DNA from: Candidatus Binatia bacterium
GTDB taxonomy: Bacteria > Desulfobacterota > Binatia > HRBIN30
DNA length: 64,000 nt
Assembly (NCBI GenBank): GCA_038245295.1
Contig: JBBRSP010000001.1
Location: 392,632-456,631, forward strand
Direction: 5' to 3'
The notes under the pieces were generated by a model. It made no database searches and was not told the origin of the DNA. It was given only the letters and a program-made list of their open reading frames with translations. Of this stretch, positions 1 to 10,327 are shown piece after piece. The translations under genes were made by a program, and so were the position numbers. Within the stretch, counting starts at the first letter, position 1, and the number at the start of each line of letters is the position of its first letter.

Positions 1-68
1 AAGAACCGAGGCGGCGCCGAGACGTTTGCTCCCGGCGGTGACGACGGCCACAGGTTTGGTCGGATGGC

Positions 69-2246
69 TCATGTCTTGGGGCGCCTTCCCGAACGGGCCG
101 CCTCTGGCCACGCACCGCGCACGCGTAGTCGAACCGTGTCGAGGATACGGCCGTTCGTATCTTGCAGCGTCAGGGTGTGCGGGCCCGCCTCCGGCGTCCA
201 CCATGCGTCGCCTCGCACACTGCCGATATCGATGCCGTCGACAACCCAACGCCGATCGGCTGCTGCGGTCTGTGCTTGTAAGGGAATGCGCTGGCGATCC
301 ATGCCGATATCCGGGTCGATCGCGACGATTGCCCCTGCTACCGGCGTGACGATGTGCTCGCGACCCTCCGAGCGCTTGATCACCGCCGTGATCGGCTCGG
401 TGCCGGCCAGATACCACTCGCGGCGCGCCAACTCCGTGGTGTCGGGAAACTCCGACCACTGCGCCACGACACCGAGCGGCGGCGTCGGTGCCTGACTGCT
501 GTGTTGACGATGCATCGATTCCATCAGGTCGTGCCAGATCAACGCCGCACCGGAGACGCCGGTCACATCATGCATCGGCGCTCCTGAAGCGTTGCCTACC
601 CACACGCCGATTGTGTAGCGATCACTGAAACCGATGCACCAGTTGTCACGCATATCTTTACTGGTCCCCGTCTTTACCGCCGTCCACGAAGTTGTCCCGA
701 GCGGTGAATCGAGCCCGAACGTAAGAGCCCGACTCTCGCGATCAGCAAGAATGTCATCAACAATGAAGACGGCGGCCGGATCGAAAACGTTACCCGTCAT
801 TGGACTCGAGCCCGTGCCCTGGCCCGTGCCCGGCTTAAGCAGCCTCATCTCGCCAAACGCCCCACCGTTCGCGAGACTCCGATAGGCATTGACCAACTCC
901 CAGAGATTCACATCAACGGCACCCAGGGCGAGTGCCGGGCCGTAGAATTCTGCCGGTCGATTGAGTTGTGCGAAGCCGAGTCGCCGCAGCTTGCTAAGCA
1001 GAGTATTCGGCCGCAGCAGCATCAAGGTTCGCACCGCCGGAACATTGATCGATCCAGCCAACGCCCGCCGCAGTGTCATCATTCCATGAAACCGGTGATC
1101 GTAGTTCTCCGGCCGATAGACCCCGGTGCTCTCGGCCACCTCGACAGGCGAGTCATCGAGCAGCGACGCGGCGGTTAGAACCTGACGCTCGAGCGCTGTG
1201 GCGTAGAGGAACGGCTTGAGTGTGGAACCGGCCTGGCGTCGCGCCCGCACCGCGTCAACCTGCGGCGCCTGCGACAATCCGCCGCTGCCGCCGACATAAG
1301 CCATCACCTCACCGCTGGTGTTGTCGACAATCAAGACGGCGCCGTCGTCGACGTGGCGGTCGTGCAAGGCCAGCAGGTGCCGGCGCAGGGTCGCGGTGGC
1401 CAGCCGTTGCAGATCGATATCGATTGCAGTCGACACATCCGACGCTACCGCGGGCGTCAACAAACGAGCTGCCAGATGCGGTGCCAAATCGTCACGTTCG
1501 AGACGTCCCGGGGACTGCAACGCGCTGATCGCACTGTCGATGTCGACCTCCGTCCCGGCTCCTCCAAGCCGCGTCGCGAGGTGTCGCGCTCGCGCCGCCA
1601 CGTGTTGCGCCGATGCGGTCGGATCACGCAGCAGGGCCGCCAGGACAAGCGACTCGGCGTCACTCAAACCGTGTGGTGCTTTGGCGAACAGGGTGCCGGC
1701 GGCGGCGTTGATGCCGTGTATTTCACCGCGGAAGGCGATGACGTTGAGGTAGGCTTCGAAAATTTCGTCCTTCGACCAGGCGCGCTCAATGGCCCACGCA
1801 GCGCGCATCTGTTGCCATTTGAATCGCAACCCGCGCTCACTCTGACGGCGCTGCAAGTGCGGTTCGAGCCAACGCGCCAGTTGCATGGTGATCGTACTGG
1901 CGCCGCGTGGTCGGTGACCGCGCAGGACCTCGGTGATCGAGGCCACAATGGCATAGTAGTCGACGCCGTCGTGATTCCAGAAGCGGCGGTCTTCGACGGC
2001 GACGACGGCACGCTGCAGCGCCGGCGAGATCTGCAACAATGGTGTCCACGCCCAACGGCGCACCCTGGCGTCGACACGGCGTTGGCCGAGGTTCTGGCCG
2101 GAGCGGTCGAGGAGGCGGAGGTCGGAGGGGTGGTGGTGGTCCTTCACCTCTTGGAAGGATGGTGCTTGGTCGGGGCTTTGGGAAGCAAGGACTGCAAGGA
2201 CTACAAGGACTGCAGCGGATGCTCCAATGCAAGCGCGTCCTTTCAT
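69..2246 (-). CDS. pbpC: Penicillin-binding protein 1C (transglycosylase + transpeptidase + C-terminal beta domain)
   Basis: GT51 motifs EDRRF and GASTITMQLAR; transpeptidase STLK, SIN and KTGT; ATG at 2246 overlaps the alpha-2-macroglobulin stop (ATGA), the usual A2M-pbpC pairing. Confidence 0.93.
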   Translation of the reverse strand: MKGRACIGASAAVLVVLAVLASQSPDQAPSFQEVKDHHHPSDLRLLDRSGQNLGQRRVDARVRRWAWTPLLQISPALQRAVVAVEDRRFWNHDGVDYYAIVASITEVLRGHRPRGASTITMQLARWLEPHLQRRQSERGLRFKWQQMRAAWAIERAWSKDEIFEAYLNVIAFRGEIHGINAAAGTLFAKAPHGLSDAESLVLAALLRDPTASAQHVAARARHLATRLGGAGTEVDIDSAISALQSPGRLERDDLAPHLAARLLTPAVASDVSTAIDIDLQRLATATLRRHLLALHDRHVDDGAVLIVDNTSGEVMAYVGGSGGLSQAPQVDAVRARRQAGSTLKPFLYATALERQVLTAASLLDDSPVEVAESTGVYRPENYDHRFHGMMTLRRALAGSINVPAVRTLMLLRPNTLLSKLRRLGFAQLNRPAEFYGPALALGAVDVNLWELVNAYRSLANGGAFGEMRLLKPGTGQGTGSSPMTGNVFDPAAVFIVDDILADRESRALTFGLDSPLGTTSWTAVKTGTSKDMRDNWCIGFSDRYTIGVWVGNASGAPMHDVTGVSGAALIWHDLMESMHRQHSSQAPTPPLGVVAQWSEFPDTTELARREWYLAGTEPITAVIKRSEGREHIVTPVAGAIVAIDPDIGMDRQRIPLQAQTAAADRRWVVDGIDIGSVRGDAWWTPEAGPHTLTLQDTNGRILDTVRLRVRGAWPEAARSGRRPKT

Positions 2247-5200
2247 GGATTGATTTGCCACCGGTCGTTGGGGAGGTCGCCTTGGAAGTCGGGCGTGTAC
2301 ATGGCTTCGATGTGGGTAGGCGGTAGCTGGAAGGTGCCGGCGTGATCAAGACGGAAGGCGTGGCGTAGATGCCATGTTCCCTTCGCCAGTGAGCTGAAAT
2401 AGGCGCGGTAGGTGTCGAACGGGTTCTCGACGAAGGTTGGGTAGAGGACGTCGTCGGACCATTCGAGGCGCGGTGCGGCGTGTGACGCGCCTGCCGGGAT
2501 CGGGTCATCAATGACGACCCAAGGCATGGCCGCGGCGGCGCCGATCTCGATGTCGGCTTCGACGACGTCACCCTGGCTCCACTGCCCGGGAACCTTCTGC
2601 TGCGCCGCTTTGTAGCTTTTCTTGATTGTGTAGCCGGCGAAGCGCGGTTGGCGCAGCGGCACGGCCGCGCGCAGCTCCACCATGGCCCACGGCGTTCCGG
2701 TGCCCGTATGGCCGAGCGTCAGATCGGTCGGCTGGGCCGGCCAGCCGAAACTCATTTTACCGGGTGCAGCGGCCGCCCAGTCGACCTGCTGCGAATCGTT
2801 GCCGAGGTGGGCCTGCGTCGTGCCACTGACCGCCGTCGTCTCGAATTTCGCGGCGAACCGGTCGAGGGCGACCCGACCCCATGCGTTGGCGATGGTGGTA
2901 ATCCACGCACCGTTGCGTTGGCGTTGGATGGCGGCGCGCATCAGCTTTGGCAATTCGCCTGTCCACCGATTGGTGGCGATCAGATCCCCCACCAGCCGCA
3001 CGGCGTTGATGTCGGGGTCGGCCAGCAACCACGGCAACGAGTCGCTCGTGTCCGTCGAGAAGCTCAGGGTGGAGCCGGTCAATGTCAGGCGCGCGCGCAG
3101 GAGCTGTTCGACTTCCATCAGACGCGAGGCTTGCTTGGGGATGCCCTGGACGCGGCTCAGGATCGTCCACCAGTCGAGCACGGCCGATGTCGGCCACAGC
3201 TGTGGCTCGATGACGAGACTCTCCAGCAACGCCGGCGTCGCCGCGTCGGCGCGCGCCAGGGCCGCGACGGCGGCGAGTTTGCGCATGGCAAGATCGGGAA
3301 GTGTCGATCCCTCCTGGATGCCGCCGCTGACGAAACGCTGCAGGGCGCTCTTGAGGCGATCCTCTAGCTCCGCCGGCAGCGGCAACGCTGCCGCCTTGGC
3401 GATCGACAGGACATACGCGGTGAGAACCGAGCTACCTTCCTGCATGGATGGGAAGAACTTCAGCAGCCCGTCCGGATGTTCGTAGGCTGGCATCTCCGCC
3501 ACCAGGCGATCCCACAGCTCGCGATCGGCCGTTATCACAGCGCGCGAGACGCGTTGCTCGAGGCAACTGTACGCGTAGTGGTCCATCCATTCCACCAGGC
3601 CGCTGGTGTTGCCGGCCAAGGAAGCGGCGAGCTGCACAACAACGCCACCGCGTCCGCCGTCCGCCTCGCGCGGCATTTCGATACGATCGGTCGTCGTCGT
3701 TGCCAACCGGCGGAGCACTGCCTGGTACGTGCGCACGGCGGTGACGGGAAGAATCTTTTGTGGCACCTTTACCTTGTCGGTGGTGCCGCCGGCCGTGGCT
3801 ATGACCTGGTACGTTGCGTTCACGGCGTCGACCGGAACGTCTACGGGCCAGGAAATCAGCTGCGATTCATGTGGCCCAAGATGCACCGGTTGGTCGCCAG
3901 CGCTGAACTTTAGTCCGTCGATCGCCAGATTCACAGTCGCATCCATGGTGGTTTCGGTGGTGTTGCGTATGGTGAACTCAGCCGGGAAGCGGTCGCCTTG
4001 GCGCGCGATCGGCGGAACACCGGGTAACACCATGAGGTCTTGCGTACTGCGGATCGACGTCGAGCCGCTGCCGAAACGATCGCTGCCGGCGTGGGCGACG
4101 GCGACGATGCGAAAGCTGGTGAGTGAATCGTTCAGTGGAACCTCGACGTTGGCGTTGCCCGCTGCATCGAGCGCGACACGTCCCTGCCAGAGCAGCAACG
4201 TGTCGAACAACTCACGCGTCCCTTGAAAGCCACCGCCCCCACCTTGCGGCCGCGCTTTGAGCCCGAAGTGACGGCGGCCAATGACCTGACCCTGCATCGT
4301 CGAGGTGTTCACCTCATAGGGGCGGCGCGCCATCATTGCATCGAGAATCTGCCAGCTACGATTTGGGCGCAACTCGAGCAACCCTTCGTCGACCGCAGCG
4401 ACCGCCAGTTCGGCCGGCCCAGGCAACGCCGAGCCGTCGGCCGTGGCGACATGAATGTCGACATGAGCTTTGTCGCGTACGCGGTACGTGGGCCGATCGG
4501 CCTTTACCTCGACGTTGAGTTGAAACGGTTTCCAACCGACGTCGATCGAGGCGATACCGAGCTTGTAGGCGGGGCGGCCGAGGTCGACCATGGCGGTGGG
4601 TTGGATGTCGCCGACACGTCCTCGTACCACCAATGCCGAGACGAATACGTTGGGTGCAAACTCGGGGCGGATCGGTATCTCAATGACGGGTTTGGTGCCC
4701 GAGATGTGGACGACCTGGGCGGTCAGGACACCCTCGCGTTCGGCGGTGACCAGGACGTTGGCCTCGCGAAACGGCATGCGCAGCTGAAAGCGCGCGACAT
4801 CACCGGCTTCGTAGTGGTCCGACTCCGGGATCAGATCGATACGGTCGCTCGGGCTGCCCTCTTGCAGGAACTCGCCTTCGTCTTCGCTCCACACCTCGGC
4901 GTGCGCCAGGCATTTGTTGCCGCTCGCATCGACTGTCTTGGCGACGAGGATGAGGCGCCCGCCAGCCGGCGTGGGCCCCTCACAGGAGAAGCGTCCGTGT
5001 TCGTCGGAGACGCCGGCGCAGAAGGGACCCAGCTCGGTCGTCTCTTGTGAGGTTGCATAGGCGTAGAAACCGCCGACGAGACGTTGGCGGTGCGTGTATT
5101 CGAGACGCTTGAATGCCTGCACCTCGACCCGTGCGCCGGCGATTGGTTTTAGGTTTACGTCGACGACAATGGCCTGGGCTGTAAGTTTGTGTTCGGCGCC

Positions 5201-7882
5201 GGCGGAGTTGTCGATCGACACGCCGACGAGCTGCGCCGCCGGCCACAGGCGCAGCGACTGCGCCGTCGTTTGCACCTGGCCGTTGGTATCACGGTACTCC
5301 ATCTCCAGGTGCAGGTCGCGCGCCACGCCGTCGCGCGGCAGCTCCTTCACCACGTCGACCGCTGTGCCGTTGGCATCAAGCGTGATGCGATCGCTCTGAT
5401 GCACGGCTGTCGACGCCGCGGCTTCATCGGTCAACTCGCGTTTACCAGCGGTCACGGTGCCGTTGGCGAAGGTGAACTCGCCCAAATGCGGCGGTGTGCT
5501 GAATGCCGCCGGCAGTAGCGACGCGCGTATCGTGACCGGTGCGGCGCTCGCCGCGCCGCCGGAGAGGTACTGCAGCGAGACATCGATGGGCACACTCGGG
5601 GCGCCGACTTGCGGCTCCTTCGGGGCGGTGAGTCGACCGCGCATCAGCGGTAAACGAAATTCGCTGACCGTGAAGCTGGGCGAGAAGAACAAGTAGTCGC
5701 TGTCGTGCCAGCGCAATGCATAGGAACCGAGCTTGGCGCTGCGCGGAATCTCCCAGGTCGACTCAGCGGTTCCGTCGCTGCTCCACGTCAGCGGTACCTC
5801 GAAGCGATCGTTGCTGCCGAGGTGTTCGATGACGAGTTTTGGCGGCAGATCCTTCGGAAGGTCGAAACCGGCCGACGTCTTACGGCGCGCGATGTGTTTC
5901 ATGTGCACGGTTTCACCGGCGCGAAACATCGGTCGATCGAGAATCGTGTAGGGACTCCACGACGCCGTGCCCCAGATGGTCGGCAGTTGGAAGCGCCACG
6001 GCTCGATGCCGTCGTTCCATTCGGAATGGGTGAAGCTGAAGTCGCCGTCGCGTTGCGCGATCACCAGAACACCGGACTGCAAGGCGCTCAAGTTGGCGAT
6101 GGTCTCGCGATCACTCCAGTCATCGTCGTTGCCGGTTTCTGGGGAACGCTCGCAGCGCGGGCCGGGGGATGGGAACGGCAGGTCGGAGATCCACGCGATG
6201 CCGTGTTCGTCGGTCTCACCCTGCCAGACGCTGGTGCCATGACAATCGACGATCGTGATGGCGGCGCCGCTTACGGACTCGCCGCCGTCGAGCGTTGTGA
6301 CCCATGCCAACGATCGTTCGCGTCCCCATTTGAAATGCACCGACAGATTGGTGACCAATGCCGCAGCGGACACGTACATGGTCTGGTTCTCGCCCAGCAA
6401 TCGGGCGCCGAGTGCCGGGCTGGCGATCTCGACGACGTACAAGCCCGGCGCCTCGAGTGGCAGGCCGACGACCTCGGTCTCCTGGGCCGGCTTCGGTTTC
6501 GGAATGCTGATTGGTTTGGCGCCGCGGGCGGTTGTGAAGATACTCTTTCTGCGGCTCGAGGTGCTGACGGCATCGAGCCAGTGCAGAATCTGGCTGACCG
6601 CCGATGCATCGAGACGCATCACCTTGCCGCTGACCTGTTCCCAGGCGCTGCCGGCGCCATTGCTCGCCGGCGGCGCTGCCACCGTCTGTTGTTGTCCGCT
6701 CATCAGCATTTCGACATTGCGCACGGTAATCGGCAGGGCTGGCTGAGCCTTCGATTCGAGGACGCCGAAGCGCGCAGCGAATTTCGCGAGAGCCGGCATG
6801 GCGCCGGTCTTCGCATCGGGGGCCGATCGATTCGGTTCTTCCAGCGGACGGCCGGCGTCGTCGTGCAGATTCTCCGGCAGCACGACTTTGAGGGCGGTGT
6901 TTTCGGGAAACGGCGGACGAAAGACGACCGAATCGACGAACAGGTCATTGTCGTTGGTGCTGGCCTCCCACGTTTTCCCGGCACCATCTTCAAGGCGTGC
7001 CTGCTCGGCGACGGCGCGCGCCACCGGGGCGCCGAATTGGAGGCGAATCGGCAGCAGCGGGATACATCCGGCGTGGGCGTTCTCGCGATCACAATGGATC
7101 CAGGCGCGAAAGGCCTGGCGGGTGCGGAACAGGAACTTCTGCGGTGTTGCGACGGTGACGCCGCCACTCGATTGAATACCCGCGCCCCAGACCAGGGTGA
7201 CCTTGGTGTCTTGTGGGAAATGACGGCGCGCCTGAATGATCAACGTCGTTGGCTTGGCGAGCTCTGACCACAGCGTATCGAGGATCGCCTTGCGGGCCTG
7301 ATCCTTCAGAACGTTGATGCCGACGCGTTCGCCGACGCCGTCGACCATGAAGTACGCATGCTGCAGCAGCGACGCTTCGGTCACAGGACTATCGACCTCG
7401 AGGGCGAACGCCTGGTCTTCGCTGATGCGGCTATCGTTCCCCTCGCTGTCGTCCGCATCGGGTTCCCGCGCCGCCGGACGAACTTCGAGTACCGCGGGGG
7501 CGCCCGTGTTGAAGCGGAACGCCCGGGTGCCGGTGAATGGCGTGCCGGCGGCGGACTTCAGATCACCGCGAACCGTACACGTGCACAGGACGCCGCCGGG
7601 AAGGTCGGCCTCGAAGTCATAGATCCAGGTGTTGGTGTCGGCCCAGCGACCGTTGCGTTTGCCGGGACAATCACAGTCGAGCGGCGCCGGCTCATCCGAC
7701 GGTGAGCCAAGCGCCACCACCGGTCGCGAAAAGCGGGCGCTGATCTGACGTACAGGTTTCACTTCTCCCTGTGGCGAGAAGACGTCCATCGTGAACGGTT
7801 TTGGGGCGGCCGACTTGGCGGCGCCAAGCAGTAGCGGCAACGCCGCGAGCGAAATCAGGATGGGGAGAAGTCGACGCCTCAT
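2243..7882 (-). CDS. Bacterial alpha-2-macroglobulin (1879 aa)
   Basis: Signal peptide, MG-type motifs (DRPMFRAGETV, AVAAVDEG, LNDSLTSFRIVA), thioester CLEQ, adjacent to pbpC. Confidence 0.93.
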   Translation of the reverse strand: MRRRLLPILISLAALPLLLGAAKSAAPKPFTMDVFSPQGEVKPVRQISARFSRPVVALGSPSDEPAPLDCDCPGKRNGRWADTNTWIYDFEADLPGGVLCTCTVRGDLKSAAGTPFTGTRAFRFNTGAPAVLEVRPAAREPDADDSEGNDSRISEDQAFALEVDSPVTEASLLQHAYFMVDGVGERVGINVLKDQARKAILDTLWSELAKPTTLIIQARRHFPQDTKVTLVWGAGIQSSGGVTVATPQKFLFRTRQAFRAWIHCDRENAHAGCIPLLPIRLQFGAPVARAVAEQARLEDGAGKTWEASTNDNDLFVDSVVFRPPFPENTALKVVLPENLHDDAGRPLEEPNRSAPDAKTGAMPALAKFAARFGVLESKAQPALPITVRNVEMLMSGQQQTVAAPPASNGAGSAWEQVSGKVMRLDASAVSQILHWLDAVSTSSRRKSIFTTARGAKPISIPKPKPAQETEVVGLPLEAPGLYVVEIASPALGARLLGENQTMYVSAAALVTNLSVHFKWGRERSLAWVTTLDGGESVSGAAITIVDCHGTSVWQGETDEHGIAWISDLPFPSPGPRCERSPETGNDDDWSDRETIANLSALQSGVLVIAQRDGDFSFTHSEWNDGIEPWRFQLPTIWGTASWSPYTILDRPMFRAGETVHMKHIARRKTSAGFDLPKDLPPKLVIEHLGSNDRFEVPLTWSSDGTAESTWEIPRSAKLGSYALRWHDSDYLFFSPSFTVSEFRLPLMRGRLTAPKEPQVGAPSVPIDVSLQYLSGGAASAAPVTIRASLLPAAFSTPPHLGEFTFANGTVTAGKRELTDEAAASTAVHQSDRITLDANGTAVDVVKELPRDGVARDLHLEMEYRDTNGQVQTTAQSLRLWPAAQLVGVSIDNSAGAEHKLTAQAIVVDVNLKPIAGARVEVQAFKRLEYTHRQRLVGGFYAYATSQETTELGPFCAGVSDEHGRFSCEGPTPAGGRLILVAKTVDASGNKCLAHAEVWSEDEGEFLQEGSPSDRIDLIPESDHYEAGDVARFQLRMPFREANVLVTAEREGVLTAQVVHISGTKPVIEIPIRPEFAPNVFVSALVVRGRVGDIQPTAMVDLGRPAYKLGIASIDVGWKPFQLNVEVKADRPTYRVRDKAHVDIHVATADGSALPGPAELAVAAVDEGLLELRPNRSWQILDAMMARRPYEVNTSTMQGQVIGRRHFGLKARPQGGGGGFQGTRELFDTLLLWQGRVALDAAGNANVEVPLNDSLTSFRIVAVAHAGSDRFGSGSTSIRSTQDLMVLPGVPPIARQGDRFPAEFTIRNTTETTMDATVNLAIDGLKFSAGDQPVHLGPHESQLISWPVDVPVDAVNATYQVIATAGGTTDKVKVPQKILPVTAVRTYQAVLRRLATTTTDRIEMPREADGGRGGVVVQLAASLAGNTSGLVEWMDHYAYSCLEQRVSRAVITADRELWDRLVAEMPAYEHPDGLLKFFPSMQEGSSVLTAYVLSIAKAAALPLPAELEDRLKSALQRFVSGGIQEGSTLPDLAMRKLAAVAALARADAATPALLESLVIEPQLWPTSAVLDWWTILSRVQGIPKQASRLMEVEQLLRARLTLTGSTLSFSTDTSDSLPWLLADPDINAVRLVGDLIATNRWTGELPKLMRAAIQRQRNGAWITTIANAWGRVALDRFAAKFETTAVSGTTQAHLGNDSQQVDWAAAAPGKMSFGWPAQPTDLTLGHTGTGTPWAMVELRAAVPLRQPRFAGYTIKKSYKAAQQKVPGQWSQGDVVEADIEIGAAAAMPWVVIDDPIPAGASHAAPRLEWSDDVLYPTFVENPFDTYRAYFSSLAKGTWHLRHAFRLDHAGTFQLPPTHIEAMYTPDFQGDLPNDRWQINP

Positions 7883-7954
7883 TGAGGCGTACTCTTACTC
7901 ATCCGCTTCATCGTCGCGCAACTGCGATTGCGGGGGCAGACGCGATGCGTGTCC

Positions 7955-10279
7955 CTAGTCGGGGGGCGTGTCGGCAATCGCCTCGTCTTCCGGCGTTGGT
8001 TCCGGTGCGGCAGCCGGCGCGTGCAACGAGCAAGGTTCGGTGGGCGCACGGCCTGCTGGAAAGGCTTCATCGAGCGAGGTAGGACAATCGGCCGTCGCCA
8101 GCTGGCCGGAGGCGGGATCGATTCGCACGGTGACGATCGTCGGCGGCGCGATGAACGGTTGTTGCGGGCGCGGCCCCAGGGCGCGTCGCATGAAGTCGGC
8201 CCAGATCGGCAGGGCCGCGTCACCGCCCGTAAGGTGCAGCGGTCGCGGATCGTCGAAGCCGACCCAGACGATGGTGACGAGTTCGGGAGTGTATCCGGCA
8301 AACCACGCGTCTTTGTAATCGCTGGTCGTGCCGGTCTTGCCTGCCGCCGGACGGGTCCACCCGCGAGCTCGCACGGCGCGTCCGGTGCCACGTACCAGAA
8401 CGCCTTCGAGCAGGTGCGTCACCAGATAGGCACTCTCCGGCGAGATGACCTGGTTGAACTGCACCGGTCGTCGCTCGAGAGCGATCCCATCGTGGGCGCG
8501 GATCTGTTTGATCGACACCAGATCGGCGCGTACGCCGCCGTTGGCGAGCACACTGTACGCTTGGGCAATCTCGAGAGGTGACACCTCGGCGGCACCCAGG
8601 GCGATCGATGGGAACTCGCCGAGCGGTGACGTGATGCCCATGCGACGCGCCGTATCGATCACGGCGCGCAACCCGATCTTCTGCGCAATGCGTGCGGTTG
8701 CGGCGTTGAGTGAATGTTCGAGGGCTTCGCGCATACTAACGCTGCCGACGTAGGTCTTGTCGTAATTGGCGGGGCTCCAGCTCTGTCCCTGGAACACCCA
8801 GGTGAACGGTTCATCGTCGATGCGTGACGTCGGCAGCATACGCTCGGCCTCGTCGGGGACCTCGAACGCCGCGGTGTAGACGAACGGCTTGAACACCGAG
8901 CCCGGCTGTCGTCGCGCCTGTGTGCAGCGGTTGAACTGGGTGAAGCGGTAGTCGCGGCCACCCATCATGGCGCGGATGGCGCCGGTCTGCGGTTCGACGG
9001 CGAGCAGGCAGCCTTGCAACCGCGCCCCTGGATCGTCGGAGCGCAAACGTGGGTGCGCTTTTTCGATCGCGTCGAGCCCGCTCTGCAGGGCTTTCTCGGC
9101 GAGCAGCTGGAGCCGTGTATCGAGGGTCGTCTCGACATCGAGCCCTTCGGCGGACAGGACGTCGGCGTCGTAAGCGGCCGTCAGCTCCTGGCGCACGAAG
9201 TCGACGAAGTAGGGTGCATCGTCGGCATGCGCCGGCACCTCGGCGGTGCGCAACGGCTCGGCGACGGCCGCCTCATACTCGGCCTGGGTAAGGTGCTTGT
9301 TCTCGAACATCGCGTGCAACACCGTGTTGCGTCGCTCTTTCGCGCGCTCGGGATGGCGCAGCGGCGAGTAGATGCTGGGGCCCCGAATGATGCCGGCGAG
9401 CACGGCCATCTCGCCGGCCGACAGGTCCTGCAGATCCTTGCCGAAATAGTGCTGTGCCGCCTCACGCACGCCGTGGATCGCTTGGGCGCCGCGCTGACCG
9501 AGGTAGATCTCGTTGAGGTAGTTCTCGAGAATCTCCTGCTTTGTGAAGCGGTGCTCGACGATCAGCGCCATCAGCATCTCGCGGCGCTTGCGCGCAAACG
9601 TGCGCTCGTCGGTGAGGAAGAAGTTTTTCATCAGCTGCTGTGTCAGAGTGCTGGCACCCTGGCGCATACGTCCGGAAGTCAGATTGACGATGGTGGCGCG
9701 TACCAAGCCGATGAGGTCGACGCCGTGATGCGAGTAAAAACGTTGATCTTCGGTGTCGAGAATCGCCTGAATGAGTAGGGGAGGGACGTCCGCGAGCTTG
9801 ACCAGATTGCGTTCTTCCCAGTTGCCCTGGAAGAGCGCCGTGATCAGCTTTGGCTCGAGGGCGACGATCGGCAGCTCCTCCTTGGAGTTGGCGTCTTCTA
9901 TTCGCTGGATCATCTGGCCGCGCCCACTGACGATGCGTACCAGGTCGGATGCGCCCAACCCGGCTGACGACTCGCGGCGGGCGATGAGCACTTCGCTCTC
10001 GGAGATCGTAAATTCCCCGTGCTTTAGCGGCGCCGATGCCGCGCGGCGGTAGCCGATGCGTTCGAGGGAGGCCTGCAGCTCCGCCGGGTCGAGAAGGAGC
10101 CCGGGATACAGAATCGGCCGATCGGCGACGACCTTCGACGGGAAGGCCCAGCGGTGATCGCGGAAGCGTTCGGTGACGACCGCGTCCCACGCCTGCAGGC
10201 GTGGCCACACGAAGAGGAAGAAAGCCAGGGTGGCTGCCACTCCGAGCAGGGCGAAGGCAGCAAGGAGGCGGCGCCACAT
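7955..10279 (-). CDS. mrcB: Class A penicillin-binding protein, PBP1B-like
   Basis: N-terminal TM, UB2H-like region, EDQRF and GASTLTQQL, then SVFK, SLN and KTGT. Confidence 0.88.
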   Translation of the reverse strand: MWRRLLAAFALLGVAATLAFFLFVWPRLQAWDAVVTERFRDHRWAFPSKVVADRPILYPGLLLDPAELQASLERIGYRRAASAPLKHGEFTISESEVLIARRESSAGLGASDLVRIVSGRGQMIQRIEDANSKEELPIVALEPKLITALFQGNWEERNLVKLADVPPLLIQAILDTEDQRFYSHHGVDLIGLVRATIVNLTSGRMRQGASTLTQQLMKNFFLTDERTFARKRREMLMALIVEHRFTKQEILENYLNEIYLGQRGAQAIHGVREAAQHYFGKDLQDLSAGEMAVLAGIIRGPSIYSPLRHPERAKERRNTVLHAMFENKHLTQAEYEAAVAEPLRTAEVPAHADDAPYFVDFVRQELTAAYDADVLSAEGLDVETTLDTRLQLLAEKALQSGLDAIEKAHPRLRSDDPGARLQGCLLAVEPQTGAIRAMMGGRDYRFTQFNRCTQARRQPGSVFKPFVYTAAFEVPDEAERMLPTSRIDDEPFTWVFQGQSWSPANYDKTYVGSVSMREALEHSLNAATARIAQKIGLRAVIDTARRMGITSPLGEFPSIALGAAEVSPLEIAQAYSVLANGGVRADLVSIKQIRAHDGIALERRPVQFNQVISPESAYLVTHLLEGVLVRGTGRAVRARGWTRPAAGKTGTTSDYKDAWFAGYTPELVTIVWVGFDDPRPLHLTGGDAALPIWADFMRRALGPRPQQPFIAPPTIVTVRIDPASGQLATADCPTSLDEAFPAGRAPTEPCSLHAPAAAPEPTPEDEAIADTPPD

Positions 10280-10291
10280 GGGTGGGGGGGC

Positions 10292-10319
10292 CGACCGGGC
10301 CGCCGAGGCGGCCCGGTCG
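10292..10319. terminator. GC-rich perfect hairpin between htrA and mrcB (possible terminator or processing stem)
   Basis: CGACCGGGCCGCC-GA-GGCGGCCCGGTCG; no U-tract on either strand. Confidence 0.4.
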
Positions 10320-10327
10320 TGGGTGCT

